A stretch of 64,000 nucleotides of DNA from Lama guanicoe (Eukaryota), in assembly GCA_013239625.1 (NCBI GenBank), contig MU054391.1, positions 7,535,095 to 7,599,094 of the forward strand, given 5' to 3'. Both the position numbers and the translations under genes were made by a program. The notes below the pieces were generated by a model. The model saw nothing but the letters and a program-made list of their open reading frames with translations. It had not been told where the DNA came from and did no database searches. Positions 49,861 through 61,589 of this stretch are shown in pieces (position 1 is the first letter of the stretch; each line of letters opens with the position of its first letter).

Positions 49861-50402
49861 ACTCTAGGAGACTCCATTTCTGTTGTTCTGGTCTTTGATT
49901 CTACGGCATCGTACTTCCACTCTTAACTGGTCTCCTGGCTAGTATCTTGCCAGAGAGAAACCTTATTTAGACGCAATCCCTTTTTCGGATATATCTCAGG
50001 ACAGAACTTCACTGACAAGATGTAAAAAGCACAGAACATCTTAATGGCGCCATTCATCACTCAAAAGGAAGTTTGTATAAGGCCATAAAAGAACTCAAGG
50101 CTTTTCATCTCTCAAATTAATTTGTTGAGATGTTTATATACTTCCCAAGTCCTAAAACTTATATTTTGCTAAAAAAAATTTCTCACCTACAAAATACTAC
50201 GAAAAAGAATTACTGTCTTTCTCATACAGATGAAATTCCAATGTGGTTCCATTTTTCTGAGTTTGTTTAGGTATTTATTCATGGAGGTCTTGATGGTGTG
50301 TCCACGCTCTGGCCCTGGCTTGCCATGGGACCACCACACCCCTAACAACTCTAAGTCTTAAGTTTTTAGATCCGTAAAATGGGAACCATGATAAAAATAA
50401 AG

Positions 50403-50712
50403 AACATTCACAATGCTGTATGACCACCACCATCCATCTCCAGAGCTCTTTTCATCTTGCAAGACCAGGTTTAATTGTACCCGTTAAACAATAAATCCTT
50501 ATTCCCTCTCTCCCCAGGTCCTGGCAACTATCAAACTACTGTCTGTCTCTATGAATTTGACTCTTTTAGGTATCTCAAATAAGTGGAATTATACACTGTT
50601 TTTCTTTTGTGACTCAATTATTTCACTTAGCATAATGTCCTCAGGGTCCATCCATGTTGTAGGACGTGCCAGAATTTCCTTCCTTTTTATGGCCAAGTAA
50701 TACTCCATTTGC
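50403..50712 (-). mobile_element. L1 (L1MB-like) 3' UTR
   Basis: CCATCCATCTCCAGAGCTCTTTTCATCTTGCAA..CCTGGCAAC..CTGTCTCTATGAATTTGACT..TTATTTCACTTAGCATAATGTCCTCAGGGTCCATCCATGTTGTAG. Confidence 0.88.
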
Positions 50713-51215
50713 ATGTAAGTACTGGGAGGGAAGGACTTACTATTGTCATTTTGTTATTTGTTTTCTCTTTGTCTTGTAGTTTTTTGTCTCTCATGTCCTC
50801 CCTTACTGCATTCCTGTATGTTCAGTTAATTTTTATAGTGACACATTTTGATTCCCTTATTTCCTTTTGTGTATATCCTGTACTTTCTTTGTGGTTACTA
50901 GGGAGGTTGAACATAACCTCCTAAAGCTGTAACAATGTTTTAAAATCGATGCCAACTGAAGTTCAATTGCATTCCAACACTCTACTCCCTTACAGCCCCG
51001 CCCCCTTAAGTTTACTGATGTCACAAACTACACGTTTATATGTTGTGTAGCCATGAACATAGATTTATTTTTTATGCTTTTGTCTTTCAAGTTCCATAAA
51101 GGCGTAACAGTGGACTGACAAACCTAAATTACAATAAAACTGCTTTTTATTTGTGTCCATGTATTTACCTTTACCAGAGAGCTTTTCTTATATATTTGTA
51201 TACGGCTTTGTTTGT
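50713..51215 (-). mobile_element. L1M inter-ORF / ORF2-start region
   Basis: AAGGACTTACTATTGTCATTTTGTTATTTGTTTTCT; TTCTTTGTGGTTACTAGGGAGGTT; TATTTACCTTTACCAGAGAG. Confidence 0.7.
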
Positions 51216-51599
51216 TTTTTTAATTTTGAAGGTTAAGTAAAATTAAATATATAGAATCACCTGGTTGATATCAAGTACCTGAGAAGTATTTAACAAATGG
51301 CGGTAACTTCGCCATAAATACCTGCTGGCTGACTGATGAATCGATGGGATGAATGATTGGATTTCCTTCTCCAAGTGAGGCTTATTATAAGAGGCACAAT
51401 CTGCTTCAGGGAATGGGATTTCTTTGGCCACCTAATAGGAATGTGGACAAAAAGAAATCAAAACCAGTCACAGAATGGATAGGCGCATCTTGAGTTTTCC
51501 TCCGCAGAGTTCTGTGGCCCTGGAAGCTAAGTTTCTGGCTTATCATGCAGGTGGGGTCACTGGGGTTAAGCTCTATTTCAGACGATGTGACTGTTTTGA

Positions 51600-52150
51600 A
51601 ATAGTTTTCCTTTTCCTTTCACTGCTTCAGGAAGTCTCACTCTGAGTCAATGCCAAATGATTTCGGTTTTCAGCTTGAATTTTCCCGTAAAATGTGGTGG
51701 AAGAGATGATTCATAAATCCCGTTCTGACTTGATTTATCTCAGGCTCGAGCTGTAGCAGCAGGTGAGCCGCTGGCCTCTGAAGCGTGGCGTTATGACAGA
51801 GAAGTGACTGTGGAGAGGAAAACGTGTGCCTACAAAAGGGTCCAGACAAGTACAGATTTCAGATTACCCATGAACCTGTGCGGCCAGTGCAAACAGACCA
51901 GGCGAACAAGGAGCATGTGCGTCCAAAGCAGCAGCCTGTGTAACGTTGTTATTCAGTGTAATTACGCACGTGAAGTCCGGTAGAACCAGGGAAGTTGTGT
52001 GATTGCATTTGTTGGACTCAGCCCCTCCTTGATTTATAAACACTGTAGCAGAAAAGGGGAATGTTTTGCCTGTTACACGGAAAACATTCAGAGTCTTAGA
52101 GTGACGTATTTTATGCTTTTCTTATGGAAATCTTTTCTTCACGTCATTCC
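51600..52150. promoter_or_regulatory. Candidate enhancer (ETS, AP-1, IRF-like, STAT, RUNX, E-box, CRE half-sites)
   Basis: Dense motif cluster in unique, CpG-retaining sequence; function is inferred only. Confidence 0.4.
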
Positions 52151-52204
52151 TTTGTGCAAACAACATATTGTGATGTTGTATAGGAAAGAATAATGTATCT
52201 GATG

Positions 52205-52410
52205 GTGGAGACTGGAGTTCTAATTCTAACTCTGACATTAAGTACAAAGCCCCAGGAAACCAGGTCCCCTCTCCAGGCCAAAATGTTTTCATTCATAAAG
52301 AGGGGTCAAATATTGGTAAATTTTTTTTTAAGAATAAATGAGATACTACGTTTACAAGTACCTAAGACGGTGCCAGGTACACTCAAGTATTTAGTACATA
52401 CTAGCTGCTG
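52205..52410 (+). mobile_element. MIR SINE
   Basis: TAAGAATAAATGAGATACTACGTTTACAAGTACCTAAGACGGTGCCAGGTACAC. Confidence 0.65.
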
Positions 52411-53661
52411 AACAAATACTGGGGTTTTCTTCCCGAGTCACTTCAATTGTTTCCTCTCCTATCAAGTTTGGGTATATCATGTGTCGTATATCTAATTATA
52501 AAATTTTCACCAATGTTCTGGAATAGTCTTCAGTCAAGAAAAGAAAAGAAAAGGCCATCTGTGGTTGTCTCTGATTCTACAAGAGATGGTCACATCTCTT
52601 GTATTTTTCAGGATTTTTTTTTTTAATTCTAAGGCAAAGTTTCTATTCTATAAATGTTTATCAATTTGGAAAGAGAGTTGACTTTAATCCACTTATCTGC
52701 ACACAATGCTAAGATTAGGCTGTCAGTTATATAGAAGTATTTGATTACCACTTTAAGAGCACTGCTTATTATGACAATTCTTGGATATCTTAGTCAGAAA
52801 AAGCAATCCTCATTGCCTTTTACCTTCCTTAATAAGTCACTTAAGACAGATGATTACAATAATTTACAAGCCTAAATGTATGAAATGACAAAAGCTCGAT
52901 GCAGTTTCATAAAACATGTGGGTCATGATTACTCTTCTATTAAGATTCTGGGAGCCTGTATATGAATTCAGTCCAGATACACATGATCCTTCTACTGCAA
53001 GCAGAAAGGTTCTCAATATCCATTGGAATTCATCTCATCCCTGAATATTTTGGTTTTAACAGTTTAAAATGACAAGATAATTCCAAATTCTCTACTTCTT
53101 TTGATTATATTTGGACTGCTTCAATTAGATGCAGATATATCTTCCTCATTCATCTGTATCACTTGATTTCCCCTCCTCCCAATTTACTGAGACAAGGAGG
53201 CTCTGTGGAAGGCAATGGTGTCAGAGAACAAGAAACTGAGTGCAAATGTATGATAAGACCATGATGCAGGAGGCAGTTGACTCCACTCAGCAAATAATCA
53301 GAACTAGAAAGCATGACTGGCAAATTCAACCAGTTTCCTGTAATTAATGCAGTTAACTGTTTTAGTCACTGGTTTCACATAGCCCTGAGTATTTTCCGGA
53401 GCTAGACTTCTATCATGCCACTAAAGACATAAAGAGTAAGGCTAGCTAGGAGAGATGAGATGAGGATGACACTAGATAAGATTTAAATTAACTGCCTTAT
53501 TTTAGGTGGAAACAAGGTGTACTCGGTCATTCACAATATTTTCTCCAGTTGAGGATTTTCAGAGTAGTTTAACAACGGGCTTAAATTTACTTAATTTTCA
53601 TAGTGTGTGTGTGAAAGAGGAGTGTTACACAGAAGAAGAAACCTGAGATGATGGAGAGGGG

Positions 53662-53690
53662 AAAACAAACAAACAAACAAACAAAAAAAC
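53662..53690. repeat. (AAAC)n microsatellite
   Basis: AAAACAAACAAACAAACAAACAAAAAAAC seen directly. Confidence 0.9.
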
Positions 53691-53989
53691 CTTTGCATAA
53701 ATTCACGCATGCAGAATCTGGACTTACACCCAGGTCTTTCAGTTCCAAGTCTAGTGTTCTGGCCAAGTGGCTCCAGTTATATAGGGTGCCTTTAGCACCA
53801 CTCTGGGGTTTATGGAGATGCAGGATGAGTAAGTCACAGCCCATGCTCTCAAGGAATTTACAGTGAGCTGCAAAGATAAAAACAGAACATTTAATCTGGA
53901 GACCTAAGCTTATGGGTGACTCCAGAATGGATGCATGACGTTCGGGGAAGAAAGGAAATTCTGTGCCCGACTCTGGGCCGTGTGTTCTG

Positions 53990-54720
53990 GTGATGCTATG
54001 AGGCAGGTCATGGCCGTTTCTCAGATTCAGAAATTGAGACTCCAGAATTTTGGTCTATCCCAGACCAACCAAGTGGGACAGAGAAAATCCAAACACAGGT
54101 GTCAGCACCCAAAACCACCCCTGTTGACTGCAAATCCTTAGCTCTTAACAAACTTACTCTGGATACAATCCTTATCCTCTCTGCCGTTAGGTCTCGTCAC
54201 TTATAAGATGGGCATAATTATGTTGACTCTATAGCATCTGGTGCTCAGAATAAATTAAATGTCACATGTCTAGCACACATCTGGGAAACAGTGAGACTCA
54301 TAAATGTTTATTCCTTTCCTTCCTTCCTGAAATCTGCACAGGCGGGGCCACATGCCTCTTGGAAGAGTCACCTTGTGCTAAGACTTCCACGTCACAGAGA
54401 GACTCTGTTGCATTAGTGCAGGGTGGGCTCGGATTAACAGTGCTTCAGCTTAATTCTGTTCTAGGTATCTTAGCACAATTCTTCAATAGTTTGGCTATTT
54501 GTAAAACTAGAGTAATAATAACAGTGTGCACACTATTTTTATAGCATTTAATAATCACAGCAACGTGAAATAGCAGGTAAGACAAATGCTATTATTATTT
54601 CCGTTTGATAGATGACCAGGACTCAAGGAAGCTAAGTCAGTCACCCCAAGTCCCAAGGCACCAGTTCAGGACACAAATTGACATCCTCTGATTCCAAATC
54701 TCCCATCCTTGCCGGTGTAC
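53990..54720. mobile_element. Cluster of about four MIR fragments in alternating orientation
   Basis: CAGAAATTGAGACTCCAG (-); CACTTATAAGATGGGCATAAT..TAAATTAAATG (+); TTTGTAAAACTAGAGTAATAATAAC (+); TATTATTTCCGTTTGATAGATGA..GACTCAAGGAAGCTAAGT (-). Confidence 0.6.
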
Positions 54721-55839
54721 CACACGGCACAGAACAGCACGGCACAGCACACACATAAACCAAAAGAGACGTGCAGCCATTAAGAAAAACTACATGAGCA
54801 AGATTTTAAACTTTGAGAAAACTATAAAGGAAAGGGTCTGTTGCAGGGCAGATGTCACCACCAAAGACGACAGAATACTATTATATCTCAAAGGCTGTGG
54901 AAGGTGTTCAGGCAGCAAAGGGAGCTGCTGCCTGGGAACAGACGTCTGCCCGGCCTCTGCCTTCTGGGGATAGAAGCGCGTACTGAGGTCAGGGAGGGAG
55001 CCGCTGTCAGCAGGAAGAACCATCATTATTTCTGTTCAGAATGAAGCAAATGACATCTGTCAAGGCTATGATTCTTTCAGACGTGTTTCGAATGAACAAC
55101 ATGTAATAAGGCTGGGGCGACAAGACTTCACTGAGAACAAGAAATCCCAAGTCACAGAATATAAAGTTTTAGAGCTTTGTGGGGCCTCAGAGAACTCAAG
55201 ACCAGGACTTGCAATGAGAAGAAAATCCTGGCTTCAAGTTCCAGCTGTGCCCTTTAACCCCCAAAGCTCATTTTCTGCAACTGTAAATGGATCTATTAGA
55301 GAAATAGATGAGTCAGTGCATAAAAAAGCATATTGAGGGCTGGGAAGCACTTTGCAGATATAGGACAGTTTTTTAATTTTTATTTGTTTGGTGGGAAAAT
55401 GAATGAGCAAGATGTGTCCAGCCATTAGTATTAGAGAAATGGACATGAACTCCGTATTCTAGACTTCAGTTCACTACTCATTCCAAGACACAGCAGGGCC
55501 ACAATCATTTAACCACCACTGTCCGAGGCCCTGGTACTGGGATGAGGAGAAATCAGTAAGGCTGGTGCCTCTGCTGACCGCGGAAGGGCTAGGCTAGGAC
55601 AGGGGTCTCGACTGCTCCCGCACTCCTGATAGTGACCTGAAACACACCACAAGCGACGTCAGTGCTTCCCGGAGAGTATGGCCTGAATAGACGCCCTGTA
55701 AATGTGGGATGAATGGTCCCTACACTCCAAAACCTCCCACTTTAGGGGACCAGACTCAAATAGGTGCTGGGGTAGAGATACACCACGCGTTAGAGAACCA
55801 TAGAGGGGAAAATTCAGCCCTGATCTGCAGAGAAAATGA

Positions 55840-56345
55840 CAGTGTTAACAGCATGAGGTGAGAAACGCGGGAGCAGGGAAGGGGTCTAACAGGAGACTAA
55901 GGAAGGGTTGTGTGGCATGGAAAGGGAACGCCTCCTCCTTGGAGACAGCGCAGATTGGGCTGTGCTCGCGTCTGTGTCCGCTGGACGTCATTCTAGGGGC
56001 TGAATTCAGCCTTGAGATGAATGAGTGGCACTGCTGGGAGGAGAGGTCACCTTTTCACCCCTGCCCCCGCCCAGCCTCAGTTTTGTGCCACTCCCAGCTC
56101 CTGTGACTTCCCAGACATGCCCCTGCTCCTTGGCACCCCCGTTCCTTGCTACACTTTGCTTTCTCTACGTGGATGGCGTTTCTTAACAGACACTTACCCT
56201 TCACCAGCACACACACCACCTCCTCAAATTCAGCCTTAAAACCAGACTCACACATCCTCCATTTAGTGATCTCTTGTTTAATCCCATTAGAGGTTATCTC
56301 TTCTTTGGCCTAAACATGTTTGCTGTTATGTGTGCCACACAGAAT
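55840..56345. mobile_element. L2 fragments
   Basis: GGCATGGAAAGGGAACG; CCCTGCTCCTT..CCTTGCTACACTTTGC..TCCTCAAATTCAGCCTTAAA. Confidence 0.45.
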
Positions 56346-57068
56346 CAAAACTACTTCTTCAGATATTGGCTTCTCCTAATACACCAGGAAGACAGAGACA
56401 GTGCAGCCCACCCAGATACTCCCACTGAGCGTAACAGCCCAGATCTAACGCAGAGCTGGTCAGTAGATGTGTGTGGGAAGGATGCATAGCAGAACTGACG
56501 GCTTGCCACTTCAACCCACCCCTGCTTGTGATCGATACGTCAGCTGTGCCGGACATGCTGCCCAAGCCCCGGGCTTAACTATGAAGCTGAGGTCTATACA
56601 GGCTTGTGAGACAACGTAAAGATTTTGATTTAATTTTATCTAAATTCATAGTCCTGCCTCTGATTCTCCAGCTCAATAAATAGGACCATCCCTTTTACAG
56701 GCAACTTAGTAGGAGATTTAGTAGCAAGGGCTTTGGTAATTCTCACCGGCTAATGGGTGAACAGCAACAGTCCCGGCACCTCCTGGGCTGTGGGCACTGG
56801 CTGGTAGTTCTGGGCTCGCAGCTCCCGGCAGTGTGTTTACCCAGCTGTCAGTGGGCCCAGCAGCTGGAAGCGGGCTCCCCAGCCAGCTACAAGAGCACTA
56901 CCAGGGACCTATTTATTTACCATTAAACCGTAACCACTTGCCAGGGCATCTGGTCCCACTTTCCTAGGTTATGGCTGGGTGCTCACGAGACATGGTTGTT
57001 AGGAGAGCAGCTGGAATATTTAAAACGTCAAAAAGGAAAAATTCAGACGTTTGAGACGCTCGGCACAG

Positions 57069-57129
57069 GTTCCTGAGGAGGCATCAGTAGTTCCTGAGGA
57101 GGCATCCCAGTTCCTGAGGAGGGATGCTA
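57069..57129. repeat. Three-copy 20-21 bp tandem repeat (GTTCCTGAGGAGG...)
   Basis: GTTCCTGAGGAGGCATCAGTA / GTTCCTGAGGAGGCATCCCA / GTTCCTGAGGAGGGATGCTA. Confidence 0.9.
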
Positions 57130-57389
57130 GGTAGGACAAGGAGGCTCTTGGAGTCTCTGAAGTTCCCTGGATGGCGCTCACCTTGAACTCACACCTGTCG
57201 CGGCTCCTTTTGCTTCTGCAGGATAAGATTTCTTGATTTGGGGATGGCAGTGGGGCCTCATGAGGGGTTTTGTGGGTGGCCAATGTATATGAAAACACCA
57301 CATTTGCATAGGCAGGGAGACTACACAAAGGGGGGAAAGAACAGATCTGGGGGTTGACAAGTGAAGATTTTAATCTTCGTCTTGTTGTT

Positions 57390-58065
57390 TGTGCCATGAC
57401 TTTGGAAAAAATTCTGAAATTCCATGAAGCTTAATTTTATCATCTGTAAAGTGGGGTGACAGTATCCGTATCAGGGAGCTCTAAGGATGAGTCTGATGTT
57501 AAGTAGCATCTTGTCTGACCCGTGGGAATTGACAAGGGAAACACCTGAAAACATGCCAGGGGCTGACTGATTCTTCTGGGAGCTGCAGTGATTGAAATAC
57601 TTTTCTTTTTTCCCCTAATCTCATCACACCTGCATATTAGGTTAAAAGTGACCTGTTTCTTGGGCAGTTCAGCTGAGTATGTAGATTATACCCCCATTTT
57701 TTTGTCTGCACATTCTTGTAGTGCAGGTATGTGATGTCCAACAACGAGCAGACCAGGACGCACTGGGGAGAAAAACCTCCCAGTGGACTATAAAAGGGGA
57801 GAGTTGATGGGGGCGTAGACGGGGAAAATGGCAACGAGGTGGAGACAGTTTTGATCCATAGCAATAGTTACTCTTTAGAAAATGTTTTCTATGTGCTGAA
57901 AACGGTGCTAAGTGCTTTTCATCCTCTCATTTGACCTTCAGAAGGACTCCCTGCAGAAGATATGATCCTCCTTTAGCAGACAAGGACTCTGAGATATCAG
58001 TTTCTTATCTGAGACTGAACAGCTGAAAAGACGAGGCAGGTATGTCTGTCCCCCAAGTCCTAGCT
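57390..58065. mobile_element. MIR fragments (+ at about 57390-57530, - at about 57865-58065)
   Basis: CTTAATTTTATCATCTGTAAAGTGGGGTGACAGTA; GGTGCTAAGTGCTTTTCAT..CTCATTTGACCTTCA..CTTTAGCAGACAAGGA. Confidence 0.65.
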
Positions 58066-58459
58066 AATAAATAGAAGTCAGTGCTTGGCCTGATACAGAA
58101 CACGAGCAAGAAGAAGAATCACGGGGTTTGTGAGATGCAGTTGACGTGCCAGCTCATGTCCACTCAAGCCTGCTACCCCTGGTCCTCGACTTTCTGTGGA
58201 TACATCAGCCCTAGCGATGGTTTAGGTCTATCCTGTGGTTTTAAAGTCATCGGCGACCCACTCTCCATTGTCTAAGGAGACCGCGTATCCCAGCCTTCCT
58301 GCAGGAAAGGGCCACTGAGCTTGCTGAGATGGGAGTGTAGGAACTCAGGCATCCACATCTGATCTCCCTGGAACCGTGGAGTCTTGGGTTCTGCCAGTGG
58401 CTGTTCAGAAAGGCTGAATAACCCAAATAAAGAGAGTGGGATTATGATCACTCCCTAGG

Positions 58460-59165
58460 GGTGAACTCCATTTCTCTTGGGTAAATGCATAGGAAGGGCT
58501 TTCTGGGTCATCTGGTAAAGATGTATGTTGTCTTTTCTCTAAAAAATTTCTGCCTAACTCAAGGTTACCAAATTCATCCCTTTGTATTATTCTAGAAGAT
58601 TTATTGTTTTATGTCTTAAGTCTATTCAATATTTTGAATTAATTTTTGTCTATGGTTCGAGATATGAAGTTCATTTTTATATGGATATCTGATATTCCAG
58701 CCCCATTTGTTGTTGAATAATTGTCTTTGCATGTCTTTCAAAGCCTGTCAGTATATGTGTGGGCTATTTCTGGATTCCCTACTCCGTTCCTTGACTCTCT
58801 CTGTCCATCTTGCTACCACACTGTGTTTAATACTCTGCCTTTGAGTATGGAAACCACATTGTGTTGATGCCCGACTTTGCTCTTCTTCAAAGTTGTTTGG
58901 CTGCCCCAGGTTATTTCTATTTCCATATGAATTTAAGAATCAGGTATCAATTTTTAAAAACAAACTTTTAGGATTATGACTGGGGTTGTATTAGTGGAGA
59001 ATTTGCGTCTTAACAATGTTTAGTCTTCTGAATCAGGAGTAGGTGTGTATCTCCATTTATTTATTAATTTTTCTCAGCAGTGATTCATTGTTTTCGGCCT
59101 ACGTGTCTTGCATATCTTTGGCCACATTAATCCCTAAATATGCTGTTTTTTTTCAAACCGTTGAA
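58460..59165 (-). mobile_element. Old L1M ORF2 fragment
   Basis: TTTCTCTTGGGTAAATGCATAGGA; TTTTGAATTAATTTTTGTCTATGGT; TTTCCATATGAATTTAAGAATCAG; TGTATCTCCATTTATTTA. Confidence 0.8.
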
Positions 59166-59329
59166 AGTGGTATTATTCCTTTAACTAATAATTCTACCAA
59201 TCAGATTTCAGGGCAGAGGAGAAAGATGAGTTTTTAAAAAATATGACTTCAACGGTTGCATCTGTGTAAGAAGACAATATAGGAATCATTTTTGCAGGAA
59301 ACAAAAAGTGAATAAATTATATTTGATTT

Positions 59330-60190
59330 GTTGGAATTAGTAAGAAATCCTGGAAGGGCCTATAGTCAGGTAAAATTTGGGTTCTAGAATGAAGGATGGA
59401 ATCTTAGGCAAGTATATAAATCTAAGAATTGTTCTATTGAAGTAGTGATTACAGTTATAGGCGAGATTAACAGAGACAGGGATCCTGCAGAGACCTGAAT
59501 GTGTCCCCAGTGGTGGAATACCGTCGCTTAAGGAAATTGGGGAATGGTTCATGTCGAATAAGACTGAGACGCAGTCTCAGGAGGGGTGCAGGGAGGGCCA
59601 GGGCATCCCAGAAACCAGGGACAAGGGTTTCAGGGAGGCATAAATAGAAAAGTTGAGGAATGAAAGCAGTCATCGGAAGGTCCTTAGTCAATGGCGAAGA
59701 CTGGTAGGGCTAGAAATCTCATTTCAATGGGCTGAAAAGTAAAGGGGAAATTAGAAGCAACAAATGCAACGGACCTTTCCAAGAGGTTTGCTGGTAAAGA
59801 GAAAGAAAGGCAGGGAAGCAGGGAAGCTCTCTCTTGCATACTCTTGGACAGGGTTGCTTTCTGGTTTGGTCTTGCTTTGGGACGGAACACGGGAAAGGGC
59901 ATACATGCCTAGTGCATGCTTGCAGGTGCGAGGAAAGTCTGAGTGAGAGAGAGCAGGATGCTGTGTTTTGGAGGAGATGTGGAAGGGGTGGCGGATGGAC
60001 AAAGAGGCTGTGGGAACAGCACTGTTTCTGTCTGTTAGACCTAAGCTCTCTCTTCCGCTCCCTGGACGTGATGCTCATTATTTCTAACTTGAGGGGTGTG
60101 GATAACGATCTCTCACGTCCCCTCTGCTCTGGGAATGTCTAGATGCTGGAATGTGCAGCGTTCAGCCTGTCTTATTCTTGTTCCCATCAT
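59330..60190 (-). mobile_element. L2 internal (RT-region) fragment
   Basis: GGTCCTTAGTCAATGGCGAAGAC..TTTCAATGG..CTTTCCAAGAGGTTTGCTGGTAAAGAGAAAG; minus-frame remnants (LFSPL, TKDLPM) loosely resemble the L2 RT PLQSGF..TNDLL region. Confidence 0.65.
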
Positions 60191-60569
60191 ACAAATGCTC
60201 CCTGATGACCTCGGACCCTGGGCGCAGAGAGAATTTATGCAGGTTCGTTCCAGAACCCTGACCAGTGAGTTCCTCAAGGTCCTTCTGAGTCATCTGACTC
60301 GATGCCCTTTAATAGAGCAAGAGTGTTGGTGTATTTCTCCACACTGGGCATCTGTGAAAATTAGAAACCTCTTCAAAATTTACCAGACGATGCAGAATTG
60401 CTGAGGAGAAGATCTGATTCCTCAGCAGGTTCCTTTCATCTGTTTTAGACAGTAGTGTTCCCTGAGGCCACATTAGAAAAAGGGGAGTATTTCAGAGGAA
60501 ATGTTAAATGATGTTAATGCCCTTTGGAGGCACTGAATGTGCAGAAAGTGACGAAGGCAAAGTCAGATT

Positions 60570-61560
60570 TATTAAACATTTACTATTTGCCAGCCACTTG
60601 TGCCAAAAGCTTTTAACTACGTTTCAATTAGCCCTTGGACAATTCCAGGAATCAGCCACTATGTTTATTGTAGAGACAGGGGAACTGAGACTCGGAGAGG
60701 TTGGGGACACTTTCCAAGGCCCCCTCCTGATAATAAATAGCAAGGCAGGTATTTTGGCTCAGTCGTCATCTTTTCTGACTTCCAAGTCAGTATGTTTTCC
60801 ATCACACACGTCACAGCCTCACAGTTGCACCGGAGGCTGGCTTCATACCCCTTTATAAAAAAACTCTCCCAGAGATCTTCAAGAGGAGGGGGCGTTTATT
60901 ATGGTTTGTTACTAACTAACAGACTTTGTATTTTCGCTGGTCCTCAGTTTTCTCATCTGTAAAACAAGGGGTGAAGGTAGATTGCCTCCCTACCCATGTT
61001 CTCTTATTATTGTGAAGGTCAGATAGCATGATGTATATGAAAACGTACTGAAATTCAAGGTGCTGTATGTAAGGTGTGTGTTACTAAGATTATGACTATT
61101 TCTTGCCAAGAGCTCCTCCATTGGCCTGGTACACAGTGGGGAATTGATAAGTTATAGAAAACTGTTTATGGAAGGAAAGGATCTTGCCTTTTAAAATAAT
61201 TCCCCACATGTCTCAAGGCTTAGGAAGATAAAAATATAGACCACAAAAAGCTAAGTGGGAAAGACAGTTCTGGGGAACACACATATATGGTCAACTTCTG
61301 AACTGGAGGTTCTTCAATCTTAGAGCACTGGAAGGTTTTGCACTCTGTTTCCTTTGCTTTTTTTTTTACTATTTAATAAGAAGAAATGTCAAGCACTATG
61401 CTAGGTACTTGACGCATGATATCTCATTTTATTTTTAGAATCATGCTGAGATGAATTTATTTAAAATCTCAATTTGTAGATAAGATAATGAGGTGTCAGT
61501 AAACTAAGCTACTTGCCCAGTTTTCTTAGCTGCTCAGTTGTAGAGGCAAAAATGGCACCA
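60570..61560. mobile_element. Three MIR SINEs (- at 60570-60805, + at 60935-61095, - at 61370-61560)
   Basis: GGGAACTGAGACTCGGAGAGGTT; CCTCAGTTTTCTCATCTGTAAAACAAGGG; AAGCACTATGCTAGGTACTT..ATCTCATTT. Confidence 0.75.
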
Positions 61561-61589
61561 GTTTTATCCCTGTTCCTCGACCACAACCT

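Noticed and set aside
50043..50054. 12-bp palindrome AATGGCGCCATT
   Set aside because: Around 15 perfect 12-bp palindromes are expected by chance in 64 kb; no other support.
57069..57129. CRISPR-like repeat
   Set aside because: Units are adjacent with no unique 25-45 bp spacers, there are no cas genes, and the context is mammalian.
60400..60426. Hairpin GCTGAGGA...TCCTCAGC as a structured RNA or terminator
   Set aside because: Only an 8-bp stem; no U-tract or larger fold, and intrinsic terminators are not relevant here.
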